Assembly (NCBI GenBank): GCA_001244265.2
Contig: CDLV01000013.1
Location: forward strand, 1,178,001 to 1,242,000
Reading direction: 5' to 3'
Source: Microbotryum violaceum
Lineage: Eukaryota
Length of the DNA: 64,000 nt
Shown here: one piece after another, positions 35,994-49,000 of the stretch
Position numbering within the stretch: the first letter of the stretch is position 1
How the letters are laid out: the number at the start of each line of letters is the position of its first letter
Position numbers and translations under genes: made by a program
Notes under the pieces: model-generated
What the model saw: the letters and a program-made list of their open reading frames with translations, nothing else
Told to the model about the DNA's origin: nothing
Databases searched by the model: none

Positions 35994-36318
35994 AGAGCTC
36001 ACGCGCTCACAGGCGCACGTCGGGTGGCAGCTGGCGGCAGTCGCAACTGGGCGGCAGACTGAACGGCGCGTTGCCCGGCGACAAGCATCAGCAGGGGCGC
36101 GCACGAGAGCACACCTCGGCTCAGGCTCCACAGCGCGCAGCAAAGTCTGCGTGCAGCTCGAACTACACGGAAGCGTCCCCACTGGCCAGACTCCGGTCTT
36201 AGTTGCTGGAGGAATGGTTTGGCGAAGTTGGATTGCAATGCAGCCCAAACAACTAATAGTGGCAGCAGATGGCGCCAAAGATCTCGACACTCGTCAGCAA
36301 GCCCCTGAGCGGGGGGGA

Positions 36319-39300
36319 TCAAAGGTATTCCTCGATCGCGCTTGTATATCTAAAGGTTTTGGTAAAGAATGTATGGAATTAGGATCTTTGTTCTCGGAAC
36401 TAGGCTCTGGACTTGGACGGAGGACTCACTGATGAGGAAGATGCGAGCTGAGCATGTTGCGCGTGAAAATCATTTGCTTGAAGATGATGTCCGGTCGCTT
36501 GACCTGTGCGATCGAGACGAAAGATTGTGATCAGTCTTGTGAAAAACAAACATTGACCATCGAATACGGGCATGATTGTCACGTACTCTGAAGAGCCTCG
36601 GTCCAGGATGAACGGTTCTTGTGGCATCGGAGGGGAGAATGAGGTCGTCGGGCTTCGTGAGCCATAGCACGTCACCGGGTGGGCAGAGCGTGCTATAGTT
36701 CTGGTTCGCCCCCAAGCTCGTTCGAATTGAAGTGAACTATTTGGATCGTAGAAGTATTTTCACAGCCACGCCACGCCGTGCCACGCCATCAGTAAGCGGT
36801 TGGAACAACCGCGCTCGGAAAGCGGCGACGGAAGGAGTCCAGTCAGGGGTCGCAGCACTCACCCAGTCTTCCTCCTCCTTCTTTAGCGCAGGATCATCAT
36901 CCAATTTGCCCCTTTTGTAAGCCACAATCCGCGACAAAATGTTATCGCAGCTCTCTCCTGGATGGTCGGAGTTGGCGTAACAGAGCCACGCGGCGGCAGA
37001 ACGAATGTCCCTCATGTGACCGAGCGAGAAGCGAGGAACGACATCATAGGAGTGGATGAAGGAGTGCACGAGCTTGCGACACCGCATTGACAGAGCGGCA
37101 TCGGTGACACATCTGCAGGACAGATCTGATCACATCAGTAACGTTACTGACAAGGTCCGAGCACGAGTCCTGACCTACGGTGTAGCGAAACCGAAAACCT
37201 GAACCGATCTTCCAGGCGGCAAGCCCGACTTGCTCGAGATCGTAGCCGAATCCGGGTTGGCCCACATGAGCCCGAGCAAGGTCGCACAGCCAGATCCCAA
37301 ACTATGGCCCGCAAGCTGCAGGCCGTATCCTGGGTTACGTCGAAGCGCCTTGTCGACCACCCGATGCATAGCTCCATCCTTGCGACCCATTGCGAGCGCG
37401 ATCTCGTACATCCCACTGTGAACCGTGTAAGGGGCCAGTCGAGACGACTGCGGAGGTGAAGCATCATCCCAATACTCTGTCTCGTCGAATATGCTGGACT
37501 CGCACGCAAGATCGGTGGCGATGTCGTCGATGGTCGTGGTTCCGCGCACTAACACGGTAATAGTGTGATTTGGGTGATCGGTCTGTTGCATCCGAACATG
37601 TGATGTCAGCAACTCGTCATCTGGCGGATCAAAAGTTATAAGTGTGAATACCAACCAGGATGAAGAATCTCGGAGGCCGTCGCCCTCGCATGTCACGTCG
37701 CTTCCTTGCCTCCCTCTCAGCGACGCGTGCATTTCTTCGCTGCGAAAGCACCTCGGGTCGAACGTCGGTCATATCGTCATCGTCCTCATCGCTCGAACCA
37801 CAAGGCTCTTCAAGTGTAGCATCTGGAGCGACTCCAGCCACTGAGTGCAGGATCGCCTCGTCATGCTTGCCAGTCAACAGACCCCAGTAATCGTACCGAC
37901 TGGAAAGTTTCGCAGCATTTGTTCTCGGCTTGGCTCGTGGTAACGCGCCCTCGCTCTTCAACCCCCAGTCCTCGGCTTGCAGAGCTGAGGTCGTCTCGGT
38001 CTCGGATGTGGCCTCACTTTGGTCGACGGTTGATCCAGGAGGAAATTCGACGGCTTCGACTGCGGAGACTGCCTCCGCGGGCAGGGCCCAGCCTGCGGCA
38101 AGGTCACCGAGTTGAGCTGCTTCGCTCTGTTCCTCCTCCGGAGGGGCAGCATCGTGTTGTCGAGGGCGAAGCGTTCTTTCAAGATCCTCCTCGGCTTGCT
38201 GTCGTGCGAGCGCGGAAAGGTTGTCAGGAGTTAGGGAATGGACCGTCGTTGAGGAAGCATCGGGCGCAATCGTTGCATCGATTGAAGGGAGCTTGACGCC
38301 GAAGAACAAGATGCCGGCACTTCCATACGACCCGAGACACATGGAAGCAAAGCGACGAAGTTGTTGTCGTGCATGTTCTTCCGAGTGCGTCGCTTCAGAT
38401 CCCGTTTGACTGCTGCGATCATCCTGGTTGATGGTCGCTTCGATAATCTCGGCCCCTGACTCGAAAAGTTGATCATCGGTGATTTCCCAAAGCACTCCAC
38501 CCGTCCCATCTTGAGGCGGCGGAATTCTTTCTTTGCCCCAGTCGAGCTCGTCAAGGTGCATCGCCCACCGGCGACCGTCGAGCTCGCCCGTGACGCTTTG
38601 CAAAGCGGCCCATGTTGCTGCTGCTTTCGCCACCTGGATCGTGCTCCAGTGCGACAGACCCCCTTCTTGGTACGGATCGGTCGGGAGGGAGGTGTTCCAT
38701 TCGTCCTTGACCAGACGAGTGAAAGCTTCGAGCGTTCGGAGTGCCTCATCGTTGCCGTAAACGTCTTCAAGGAAGGCGATCGTTGAAGTGGCGCCTCCCA
38801 GCGCAAGATTGGTGATCCCGCTGCCGATGTTGATGCCGAGCAGCGCCAGCTTTTCGGCTGCAGCGATGGCGGCGATGCCCGTCTGGGCAAGAGGCCCAGA
38901 CCCATCCATCATGGGCGCGTTTCCAGCCAAACCGAGCGAATGGTCGAGCAAGACACCAATTCCAGCAACAGCGACCTTGATGGCTCCAAAGCCGAGTGAG
39001 GTCGAAGTCCGGGCGATCGCGAAGCCCGTCGACGCGAAGGACCGTGCGCTGAGCAGGCTGAGACGCGAAGCCGTCAGAGCCGTAGTCGTATGAGGCACAG
39101 CCCACAGAGGAAGAGGTGGAGGCTGAAGCCCCTTTAAGAAGGCAGGAGTTGCAAGTACTGCAGCTTTTGAATCGTCCTGGTCCTGTGCTGTCTCTCGATC
39201 ATCCTCGACCGTGCAAGGCGGGGACATGAGCAAGTCGTCGTCGCGCTGAGCATTGCCATTCACGGTCGTGAGAGCTTGGGATGTTGGGAGTGAGTCGGCA

Positions 39301-39341
39301 CCGGATACCATGGCAGCAGGTGTGGTGGTCGTATCCGACAT
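36319..39341 (-). CDS. Class 3 lipase (DAG-lipase-like alpha/beta hydrolase)
   Basis: PPRFFIL..DH...ITVLVRGT, VHSGM, nucleophile motif LAGHSLGSG, FGFATP, SYDVVPRFSLG. Spliced end MLSSHLPHQYTSAIEEYL*. Confidence 0.88.
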
Positions 39342-40176
39342 GTCGGAACGAGCAGAGCAAATGGGCTGGAAGTCCGAAGTCTAAACAGACAGTGAATGGC
39401 AGGACCGAGAGCGGCGTGGTGACTCGCTGGACCGAGCGAACAATGCCTCGGTCTCGGAGTTCGCACAGGTTCACTCCGAGTCCCCGTCGGGCGGATCGAG
39501 TTAGCAATCGCGTAGATGAAGTGTGCTACCTGCCAACACTCGACCCAACCAGGTTTGTAATCGCTCGTGCAAAATTTGAATGGCCACGAAATCATGTCCC
39601 CCAACGAATGTGGGGATTCGAGCTTGGCTGATTAACACGTGAAAGCCGCGCTCGGCCTTCGGAGATAGTCTTGGCCTGCTCTTCCTGAATCGTATTTGGC
39701 TGTCATGGCACGGGATGGACAGTCCAGACGAATGAGATGATCTAGACTAAATACAGTTTGTTCACCAACACTTTGCTCGAGCACGCTGGTCCTTTCGAGG
39801 TCCTTCTGCTGTGACTGGCAGTACCAGCGCTGTTACTAATTGCGCCGGCAATGATCACGTGACGTAGTCGCCAAGAGTACCCAAGAAACTACGAAGAACT
39901 TGTCAACTGCTCATTTTTCTCCGATTCCTTCGCTAATAGGTCGGTATCGTAGTGGAGCATGAACTCAGACCAGAGGAGCAGGGTTATTCGCGAGTCAATA
40001 GCTTCCGCACTGCTTCCGCGATCGACAATCGAGTTCGCTTGCGACCGGCGCTGCCCCACATCCCTCTCGCTTCCGCGCAGTCACCATCGACGCCTGCCGA
40101 AGTGGACCACTTCGACTCGGCTCGCTCTAAGTAGTAGTCTCGTTACACGCTACGAGGGAAAGTGCAGGTGTTCAAG

Positions 40177-43100
40177 ATGGATGCGATTGCGGGAAAGGCT
40201 TCCGAAGCGGCTTCTGCAGCAGCTCGTACGTCAGCTGCGGTCGCGACACCGCCGCCGTTCGCCGCACCGACCGCGTCAGAGGACTTTATCCTGGCGCTCA
40301 ATTCGACTCTGAGACTCACGTACTATGTGTTGAGCTGGCTGGCTTCTGCTGTGAGTGTAGACGCCGGTGTGGTGTCGATGTTCTTGGTGCTAGATCGCAG
40401 ACCCTACTAGGGCCTGGACCGACGTCAGCCAAAGCGGGCTCGGCAGGTGACGGTGCTCGCCCTGTCGTGTGCTCACGTGTGGGTGCAGCAACACAGGCAA
40501 AGTGTGATGTGTGTGGTATCCATTGTTGACACTCGGCTCCTGATCAACGCACCAAGAGCGACCGGCCACGGCTGGCTCTCTGATCGAACGAAGCGGGTTA
40601 CTAACTCCACTCTCGATTTGTCTTCGCAGTCGGCACATCTCGCAGCCTTTGTCACCTTGACCTTGCCACGATGGGCTTTCTTAATCCTGCATTGGGGAGC
40701 CACGATTACGTTGCGCTTCAACTTCATGTCGGTCGTTATAACGCTTTTCATAGGCGCAACGATTTTGTCCTACGTCTGGAAGGTGCGCTACCTCAACCGG
40801 TACACCACACTCAAGGTAGCGCCATTGGAGAAGGATGAGGGCTTCGACCTGTGAGTACATCCTTTCTGTGCGTCTCGCTACATTCGCTCACATCCGGGGC
40901 GGGATCCACGAAACAGGCACCCCGATCTTGTCACCGATCAAGCGCAACCCAGGTTCCACAACTATCTCGACGAGGTGAGCAAAGCGCCCCTTGCTTGGTC
41001 TTCTCAATCTGGACTGACCTTCTCGGACCACCTACGCCATTAGTTCCTGTCCGCAATCAAGGTGTTTGGGTATCTCGAAAAACCAGTTTTCCACGAGCTT
41101 GCGCGCCATCTACAAACACGTCGACTCATCGCCGGGGACACGCTCAATCTGGATCAGGACAAGTCCTTCTACATCGTCGTTGATGGCTCCGTGCAAGTCT
41201 TTGCCCAGACCTCGACCCCGATGGACGGCGAGCCAGCGAGGGATGCCTATGACGACGAGGATAACAATGGGTATCAGCTGCTCAACAATGTCGAATCAGG
41301 AGGCACATTGTCGAGCCTATTCACCATCCTGTCACTCTTCACTGAGGATGTCAAGCTGCGCTACGAAGAGAATGAGCATTCCATGGGTAGCGCTTCCCAG
41401 TCGGGTGCACGCCCATCAGCATCCGGTGCTCGGGCACGACCCCGAAGAGGGTCCGAGGGTCGCTTTGGTGTCACTCGACCGGACCGCAACTTTGACGTCA
41501 CAGACTTCCAACTCGATGACCCTAATCACTTACGTGAACGGAGGCTCAGCCACGGAACTCCTTCGGGGCGCCGTTCCCGATCTCCTCTTCGTCAAAGCTC
41601 TACACGAGTGTTTAGTCAGCCCTCGCTCGATGGCTCGGTTGGCACCATCATTCCAGAGGAAGGAAGCACGGGCGATTCGACCGATGATGCGGATGACGAG
41701 TCGGGCGAGTCCACGGACCGAGGAAGCGTTCCTCGTCCGTCGATCCACCCTTTCCACCCCGCGTCGCCGCCAGGTCTAGGCAACCCGGCAGGTGCACCCG
41801 GCTTCAGCTTTGAGCATTCGTCCCCGCAATTCCGAGGACAGAGCTTCGAGAGTACGCGCGGGAATGGCAAGGACGTCCCGAAGGAGCGCACCATCGCTCG
41901 TGCCACGACCGACACGACTTTGGCCGTCATCCCCGCCGAAGCGTTCCGACGGCTCACGAAAAAGTTCCCCAACGCTGCGGCACACATCGTTCAAGTTATC
42001 CTGACGCGACTGCAGCGCGTGACATTCTTGACCGCCCACAAGTACCTTGGTCTGACCCGAGAAGTCATCCGTACGGAGAAAGCGATCAACGAGCTCGCGT
42101 GCTACCCCTTGCCCGATGCATTCTGGGAGAGTGGGGGGATCCATCGCTTGCGACAGCGTTTCCAGCCTGAGACGAAGCTGGCCGAAAACCCCGTCGACGA
42201 TGACCAGGATGACCTCGACTACTTTACGATGACCACCCCGATCGCTGGACCCGCAATGGGTGACGTCTTCTGGGGAAATGACACCCATAAAGATCACGAA
42301 GAAGGTGTGCGCCTCAAGTACCGCCCCTCTGCGAACCGAAAGAGTCGAGGCGGGATGTCGACGCGCAAAGCCGGAGACCTTTTGACGATGTCCACTCCGG
42401 CCGACGAAGAGCTGCGATCGATCCACTTCAGTCCACTCGCGACGCCAAGGATCGAGCGCTCGTCTGACGGCCCGTCGCCCGTCGACGATTTTGATCTGCG
42501 CCAGGCCGTGATGGAGTCTATTTCGAAAGCGATCGGGCTGGTCCACCATGCTGCTACCCCATCTGCTTCGATTGAAGCCTCGCCCATGGTCCGACCCACC
42601 GAAGCGTCCTCAAACTTGCAAAAAGCTGTCTTCAACTCCTCGTTCGGCTCGCTCTCGTTCCTCGGTATGCACGCCTTTGACGACGAGTCGTCTGTCACTG
42701 GCTCCTCCATTGCGAGCTTTTCTTCAACCGAGCTCGAGAACGAAGTGGAGGTTTTGTTCTTCCCTAAGGGCAGCACCCTCGTCAAGGAAGGCGAGAAGAA
42801 TGCGGGCCTCTATTTTGTCATTGAAGGTTTCTTGGACGTCTCGATGCCCGAGCCGACTGCAGATGCTACGATCAAGAATCAAGAGAAGACGCCGACGACT
42901 AACATCCCGACCGCATCTTCACCGACATCGTCGAGCGTTCACTCGAGGCGAAGCTCGTACGGGGCCAAGGCCAGTGGAGGTCCGACGGCGAGCACACCGC
43001 TTCGACGGGGTTCGACACCGATGGGTCGACCCAAACCCATCCCTCGGGCGACGCAAGCTGTCGTGGACACGGGCGATTTGCCACCCATGAACGAAGAACC

Positions 43101-45814
43101 GAGCGAGAAAACCTCGACGCCCCTGTTCACGGTCAAGCCGGGTGGAATTGCAGGTTACCTCTCGTCGCTGTCCGGCTTTCCTTCCTACGTCGACATCACC
43201 GCCAAAACGGAATGCTACGTCGGCTTCTTGCCGGCCAAGGCTCTGGACAGGATCATGGACCGCAAGCCAATCGTACTGCTCACCTTGGCGAAGCGATTGA
43301 TCAGTCTGCTCTCGCCGCTGATCTTGCACATCGACTCGGCCTTGGACTGGCAGCATGTCAGCGCGGGTCAAGTGATCTACCGTCAGGGCGAGCCAGCTGA
43401 CTCGTTCTACATCGTAAGCCCTGGCTTGTCCCGAATGCAGTGCATCTGTGCTGATAGTCAGCTTATCTAACCCTTCGCCAGGTCATCAACGGTCGACTGC
43501 GGTCCATTAACGAGAAAGCAGGAGGAGGGGTGGAGATCGAGAGCGAATACGGTCAAGGCGAGTCGGTTGGCGAACTCGACTGCATCACCGCATCGACGCG
43601 TCCTTCCACGCTCCACGCCATTCGTGACAGCGAGTTGGCGAGGATGCCCATGACGCTCTTCAACGCCATCTCGGTGCGCCATCCCCTCGTCACGATCCAG
43701 ATCTCGCGCATCATCGCCGCTCGCTTGCGTTCGCAGGTCCACGCCCGCTCGTCGGTCCCACTTCCGCTTTCCACCGGTGGGATGGACCGTATGGGCAAAG
43801 ACAACTTCAACCTCAAGACGGTCGCCATTATTCCTACGAATCGACACGTCCCGGTGTCAGTATTTTCGACGAAGCTCTTGCACGCGCTCGAATCGATGGG
43901 TGCTGCGACAAGCTATCTCAACCAAGCTACAGTGATGCAGGTGCTCGGGCGACATGCGTTCAGTCGAATGGGGACTTTGAAGCTCGCGGGGTGGTTGGCC
44001 GAAACGGAACAAAAGTACCGCATCGTCCTCTACGTCGCCGATACGGCTGTTTCGGCGCCGTGGACGCAGACGTGCATTCGACAGGCCGATTGTATCTTGC
44101 TCGTTGCTGATGGTGGAAGTGATACGGGCCTGGGAGAGTACGAGAAACTTCTTGTCAGCATGAAGACGACGGCGAGGAAGGAACTGATCTTGCTGCATTC
44201 CGAGAGGACGGTGCCGCCTGGCACCACTCGTCCATGGCTCAAGGTGAGCTAGCTCGTCTATTTTTGAGGGGTCTTGGCTGACGAGTGTTCTGACGTGTCG
44301 GACTCGCCCAGAACCGGCCCTGGATTCATGCACATCACCATATCGAAATGATCGGCGCCACACCCGAGACGATGCCAGCGCCTTTCGATGACCCAGCGCC
44401 TGTTGTTGCGCTACGCAAGATCGCCCGACGAGTCGAGGTCCAGATTGGAAAGTACCGCAAGAGTACTCAAGCGCTCGAGCACTTCCGGCCACCGGCGTTG
44501 AACGACTTTGCCCGACTGGCTCGTCGATTGTGCGGAAAATCGATTGGTATCGTGTTGGGTGGTGGTGGTGCGCGAGGGATCTCCCACATCGGCGTGATTC
44601 AAGCGCTCGTTGACCAAGGGATTCCGATCGACATGGTCGGAGGCACCTCGATCGGCTCCTTTGTTGGAGGTCTTTATGCTCGCGAAGGGGACCTCGTATC
44701 GACGTATGGCCGAGCGAAACGTTTTAGTGGTCGCATGTCGACCTTGTGGCGTATCCTCACCGATCTGACTTACCCAGTGGTCGCATATACGACCGGTAAG
44801 TCCCAGCGTCTTAGACGTCTGTGGCCTTTGCTGACTTTGGCCAGTACACCTTTCCCTAGGCCACGAGTTCAACCGAGGTATCTACAAGAGTTTCTACGAC
44901 GTCCACATCGAAGACATGTGGCTGCCGTTCTTCTGCAACACGACGAACATCACCCACTCGAGGATGGAGGTGCATACGACGGGTTATGCCTGGCGGTACA
45001 TTCGGGCGTCCATGTCACTGGCGGGACTGTTGCCGCCGCTTTGCGACGCTGGGGACATGCTTGTCGACGGCGGATACGTCGACAACTTGCCGGTCAGTTC
45101 GGCTTGTGCCAATCATTCCGAGCGTAAATGCAGCTTCAGTCACTGACCATACTTCTACACTAGGTTTCGGTCATGCTCTCGATGGGTGCGGCCTCGGTCT
45201 TTGCGGTCGATGTTGGATCGGTCGACGACACCTCGCCTCGATCGTACGGCGAGAGCGTGTCGGGCTGGTGGCTCTTGGTGCAGCGCTGGAATCCGTTTGC
45301 GACGCCTTCCAACATCCCCAATATTACCGAGATTCAGTCCCGGTTGACCTAGTAAGTCTGCACTTGTCGTGTCTTGTCGTCCGATGCACACTGACTGGTT
45401 TGTTCTATTATTTTCCTAGCGTGTCTAGCGTGAAGATGCTCGAGGAGGCCAAAGCGACACCTGGTGTACTTTACATGAGGATGCCTGTGAGCGCAATATG
45501 CCCTTTCGACAATGATAAACATTAACTCATCAGGCCTGAATCTTGCTTTCCTCTCAGGTCACACAATTCGGGACCGTGAGTCTACGAAGTGGTGGACTCG
45601 AATTCTAGACAACGATTGCTGACTTTTACACTCGGCTATCTCGCAGATGGAATTCAAACGCTTCGGTGAACTGTTCGAGATTGGTCAAGCGCACGCTAAA
45701 GAGTTGTTGACCAAGTGGGGCAAGGAAGGCCAATTGCCGACGGGCACCGTTGGCGAGATCTCGGCGGCCAAAGTTCAAAAGAGGGGTCATAGCATTCGTA
45801 GAAATTCGATTTGA
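40177..45814 (+). CDS. NTE1: Lysophospholipase NTE1 (neuropathy target esterase; cNMP-binding + patatin domains)
   Basis: N-terminal [24 protein letters not shown], cNMP domains, [33 protein letters not shown]-terminus RRNSI*. Confidence 0.95.
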
Positions 45815-46003
45815 AATTCTGGAGTTTGAATGTTGAACACGTAAAATTTTGAAATGCGATGTGATCTGTATATTAAAAACCCAATCTACGCCATCCACGT
45901 GCTGCAATCAAGGATACGTGCCTCGGTGTTACTGCGCTGCGTCGATCGAGTGGCGATGTAATTGGTCATTTGTAGCTATTTCTGCCTCTGGGCTCGATCT
46001 GGT

Positions 46004-49000
46004 AGGACCCCCGAAAGCCCAGCCGGAGGCGCTTTTTTTTTTGACATTTTGAGGACCCAAAATCCTGAAAATCGTCGAGGCGCATCGCAAAAAATTGACA
46101 TTTCGGGACGAAACACACGTTTCGCCCCCGAGGCGCATGCACAGATTTTGACATTTTCCGAGTCGGCCCAATTTTGGCCTACCCTGAGCAGCCTACGGCA
46201 TCGCTTTGGGCCCGTTTGTCGAAACGCGCTTCGCGATGCTCGCGCTTGAACAAGTCACCAGCCATTTTCGCTGATCACTTTAGTTCAGTGGCTGTTAAAG
46301 AATATTAGGGATTAGATACCCCTATCGAGTAAGATAAAAATGACGGGGCCCCTGAGGTTCCGTTCCGCTTCACTTCGTTCTGACACTGGAGCATAGCACG
46401 ACGAAATGATTCCATGCTTGTTTCTTGACGAAGATCAGGACTACTATTTGCACGACGATGACTTTGATCGATTATCGCCGCTCACCAACATGACGGTTGC
46501 CGAGCTCCTCGCCTTCGATGTCGCTCCCGCCGACGCGTCTCTTCACATCGAGTTGTCCAAAGACGAGCCCACCCAGTATTCGAACTTACCCTACCCGACT
46601 CTTCAGACCAGAGACGCGTTTCTCGCTACCGATGCTCTGATCAATGCACGCAAGAAAGGATATCGATCTTTGGCCGTCGGGTCGACGTGTTTGCCGCTCG
46701 GCGCCGATCGGCTATGGTCAGAGTACGACCGAGCAAAAGACGTTCAAAGCTGGGCGCTGCGAGCTCAACGATGGATGGACAAAATTATCGTTATCAACGA
46801 AATTGACCGCAACCGTATCGCTGTCGCACGTCGCATACTGAACGGATTGCAATGGCAAGAGCAAGACGGGCTTCTACCATTGCCTCTTCTTGCAAGTGGA
46901 ACGAGTTTGGTTTATCTCCTGAGATTCTTAAGTCAGTACACCAATCCTTCAGCTGGCCACTCGTATTCATCTCGTATCTGAGGCAACTTGCTTATTCGCG
47001 TCTCTACCCAGGTCATGATTGGCTCGGTGAAGCCGCGGTGAACTTGTCAATTGAAAGCGTCCTTCGAGCTGGACGAGTGCAGAATCCCGATTTCGAAACA
47101 TCGTATGGACTTATACCCTCCACCGTCATCTCCTTGGTAATGGCTCGCCCTCCCGACTCGGATCCTCATTCGGTCTTCAAAGCCTGCTTTTTCGGCCCGC
47201 CAAACCAGTATCGGAATCTCATCGAGCTAGGCGATTGCATGCGCAACACGCCGACTTCAAAGTCAATCTGGTTTCTACCCCTCTGCTCCGACAGCCATTG
47301 GGTCCTGGCCCGCATCAACATGCACAAGCGGACATGGTCTGTGATCAACTCACTCTCCGCCACTCCGATCACCGCGGCTACTCGGACGGCCGTCCTTACG
47401 CTATTCAAATTTCTGAAGCTGGACATCAAAAACGAGTTCCCTCATACTCCTAAGGCGGAACAACAGGAAGACAGCTACTCGTGCGGGCCGGCTACAATCA
47501 ATGCAGTGGAGACGGAGGTGCTCGGGATTGGGTCATTCAACGCAGCGCGCGCTCACATGTCACGGCTCCGTCAATTCTGTCGTTTATCCTCTCTGGTTGG
47601 TGCTGTCGAGGATCTCAAAGAGATCGAATCCATCGTTGCCACGGGCGCAAAATCAAAGGCAAAGTCTGGGAGGGGATCCGCTGCCGGAACACTGAGCAGC
47701 AAGAGCACGTCGGCAGAGTCCGGCAAGGCAGCGACAATCAAGCCAACAAATCAACGAGTCGCATCATCCTCAAAAAACCCGCCAACTTCTCGACTTCAAA
47801 CGACCTTCACCAAGGTATCGAAGCCGACGAAAGCTCGAGAGCTCACCCCCGAGGAGCATACGACGTGGGCTCGCGACCATCCGCCTCTTTTCAGGAGGTT
47901 TGCTGAAAAAGTCGAAGATCTTTGCCCGGGATCGAATGTCGACGTCAACAATCCAAAGTACGTGCGGTGTGGACGTTGTTATGTCTTGGTTCCAATGGCG
48001 GCCTTGCTGTGCAAGGCACGATTTCAATTACATCTCGGCAATAAGAAGTGTGTCAACCTCCAACCCATCAGCAATTTCTTCAGACCTATCGCCTCTGGCT
48101 CAACTGCTACCAGCCCCTCGCTAGGACCGTGCCCCGGCCTTACGTCTGAAACGGCGATGCATTATCTTTCACCGACTGCGGCGCAGGGTGGCGGGGCCCC
48201 TCCTCGACGGACGCTTTGTTTGCGTCTCTATCCCAAAATTGGTAAACGACCAATGACGGAGCTCGAGAGGAAGGAGGTGGACAAATTGGAAGCGAATGAA
48301 TGGAAGTGGCGCAACGATCATCGAGCACCGCGCATCATCAGTGTGAATTGTCGCAAGTATAGCGCTCGAGATTCGATCAACAAGGACGGACCAAGCTTAC
48401 CGTGTGAAGAATGCGCGAGGCTTCCTAAGGATTCATCCTGTCGAGCAGCTCTTCGACGTCAATATGCTGCTGGCGCAACTCGCAAATACACCAACAAGAA
48501 ATATGTCGCGGGCGATACACTTCTCTCGGCCATCTACCGGCGACATCATGGACTAGAAGAGATCCTGGATGACAACGGTCAAGGGACCGTGTATCTACGA
48601 TTCGCGCAAGGTGTGGCCTCAGGAGAATTTGACGGAGCGAACATCTTGGAGGGATTGGTGAAAGCGGCTACGGTCAAGCACGATCGGATGGTCAAGGGCA
48701 AATCAATGCGAGGCTTTGTGCGGTCCGAAGCGCTGCGTGACTTCGAGCAAGCCATGGCGCTGGCGTCTCCGATGGCTCTGAGAGTGCTGCAGGCTACAAT
48801 CGGCGCATCCACAAGCCGAAAACTGCAGTGAGTACCGTCATTCTTTAGTTCCTTCAATTCAACCTCATACTGAATGATCGAGGTGCTTGCAGAATGGACC
48901 GAGCGACATCAGGCAGGATGCGCCTCGGCCTCGACAAGTCCAACATGGATCGTGTTTGCGCGAAACTCGAAGCAGACGGCCTAACGTTCAATTTGCACGT

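Noticed and set aside
41776-42549. 257-aa minus-strand ORF
   Set aside because: Antisense to an NTE1 exon; expected in GC-rich coding DNA.
46852-47011. Overlap or frameshift between ORFs 46406-46981 and 46852-48831
   Set aside because: A GTCAGT...CAG intron (~46932-47011) joins them in frame as LRFLSHDWL.
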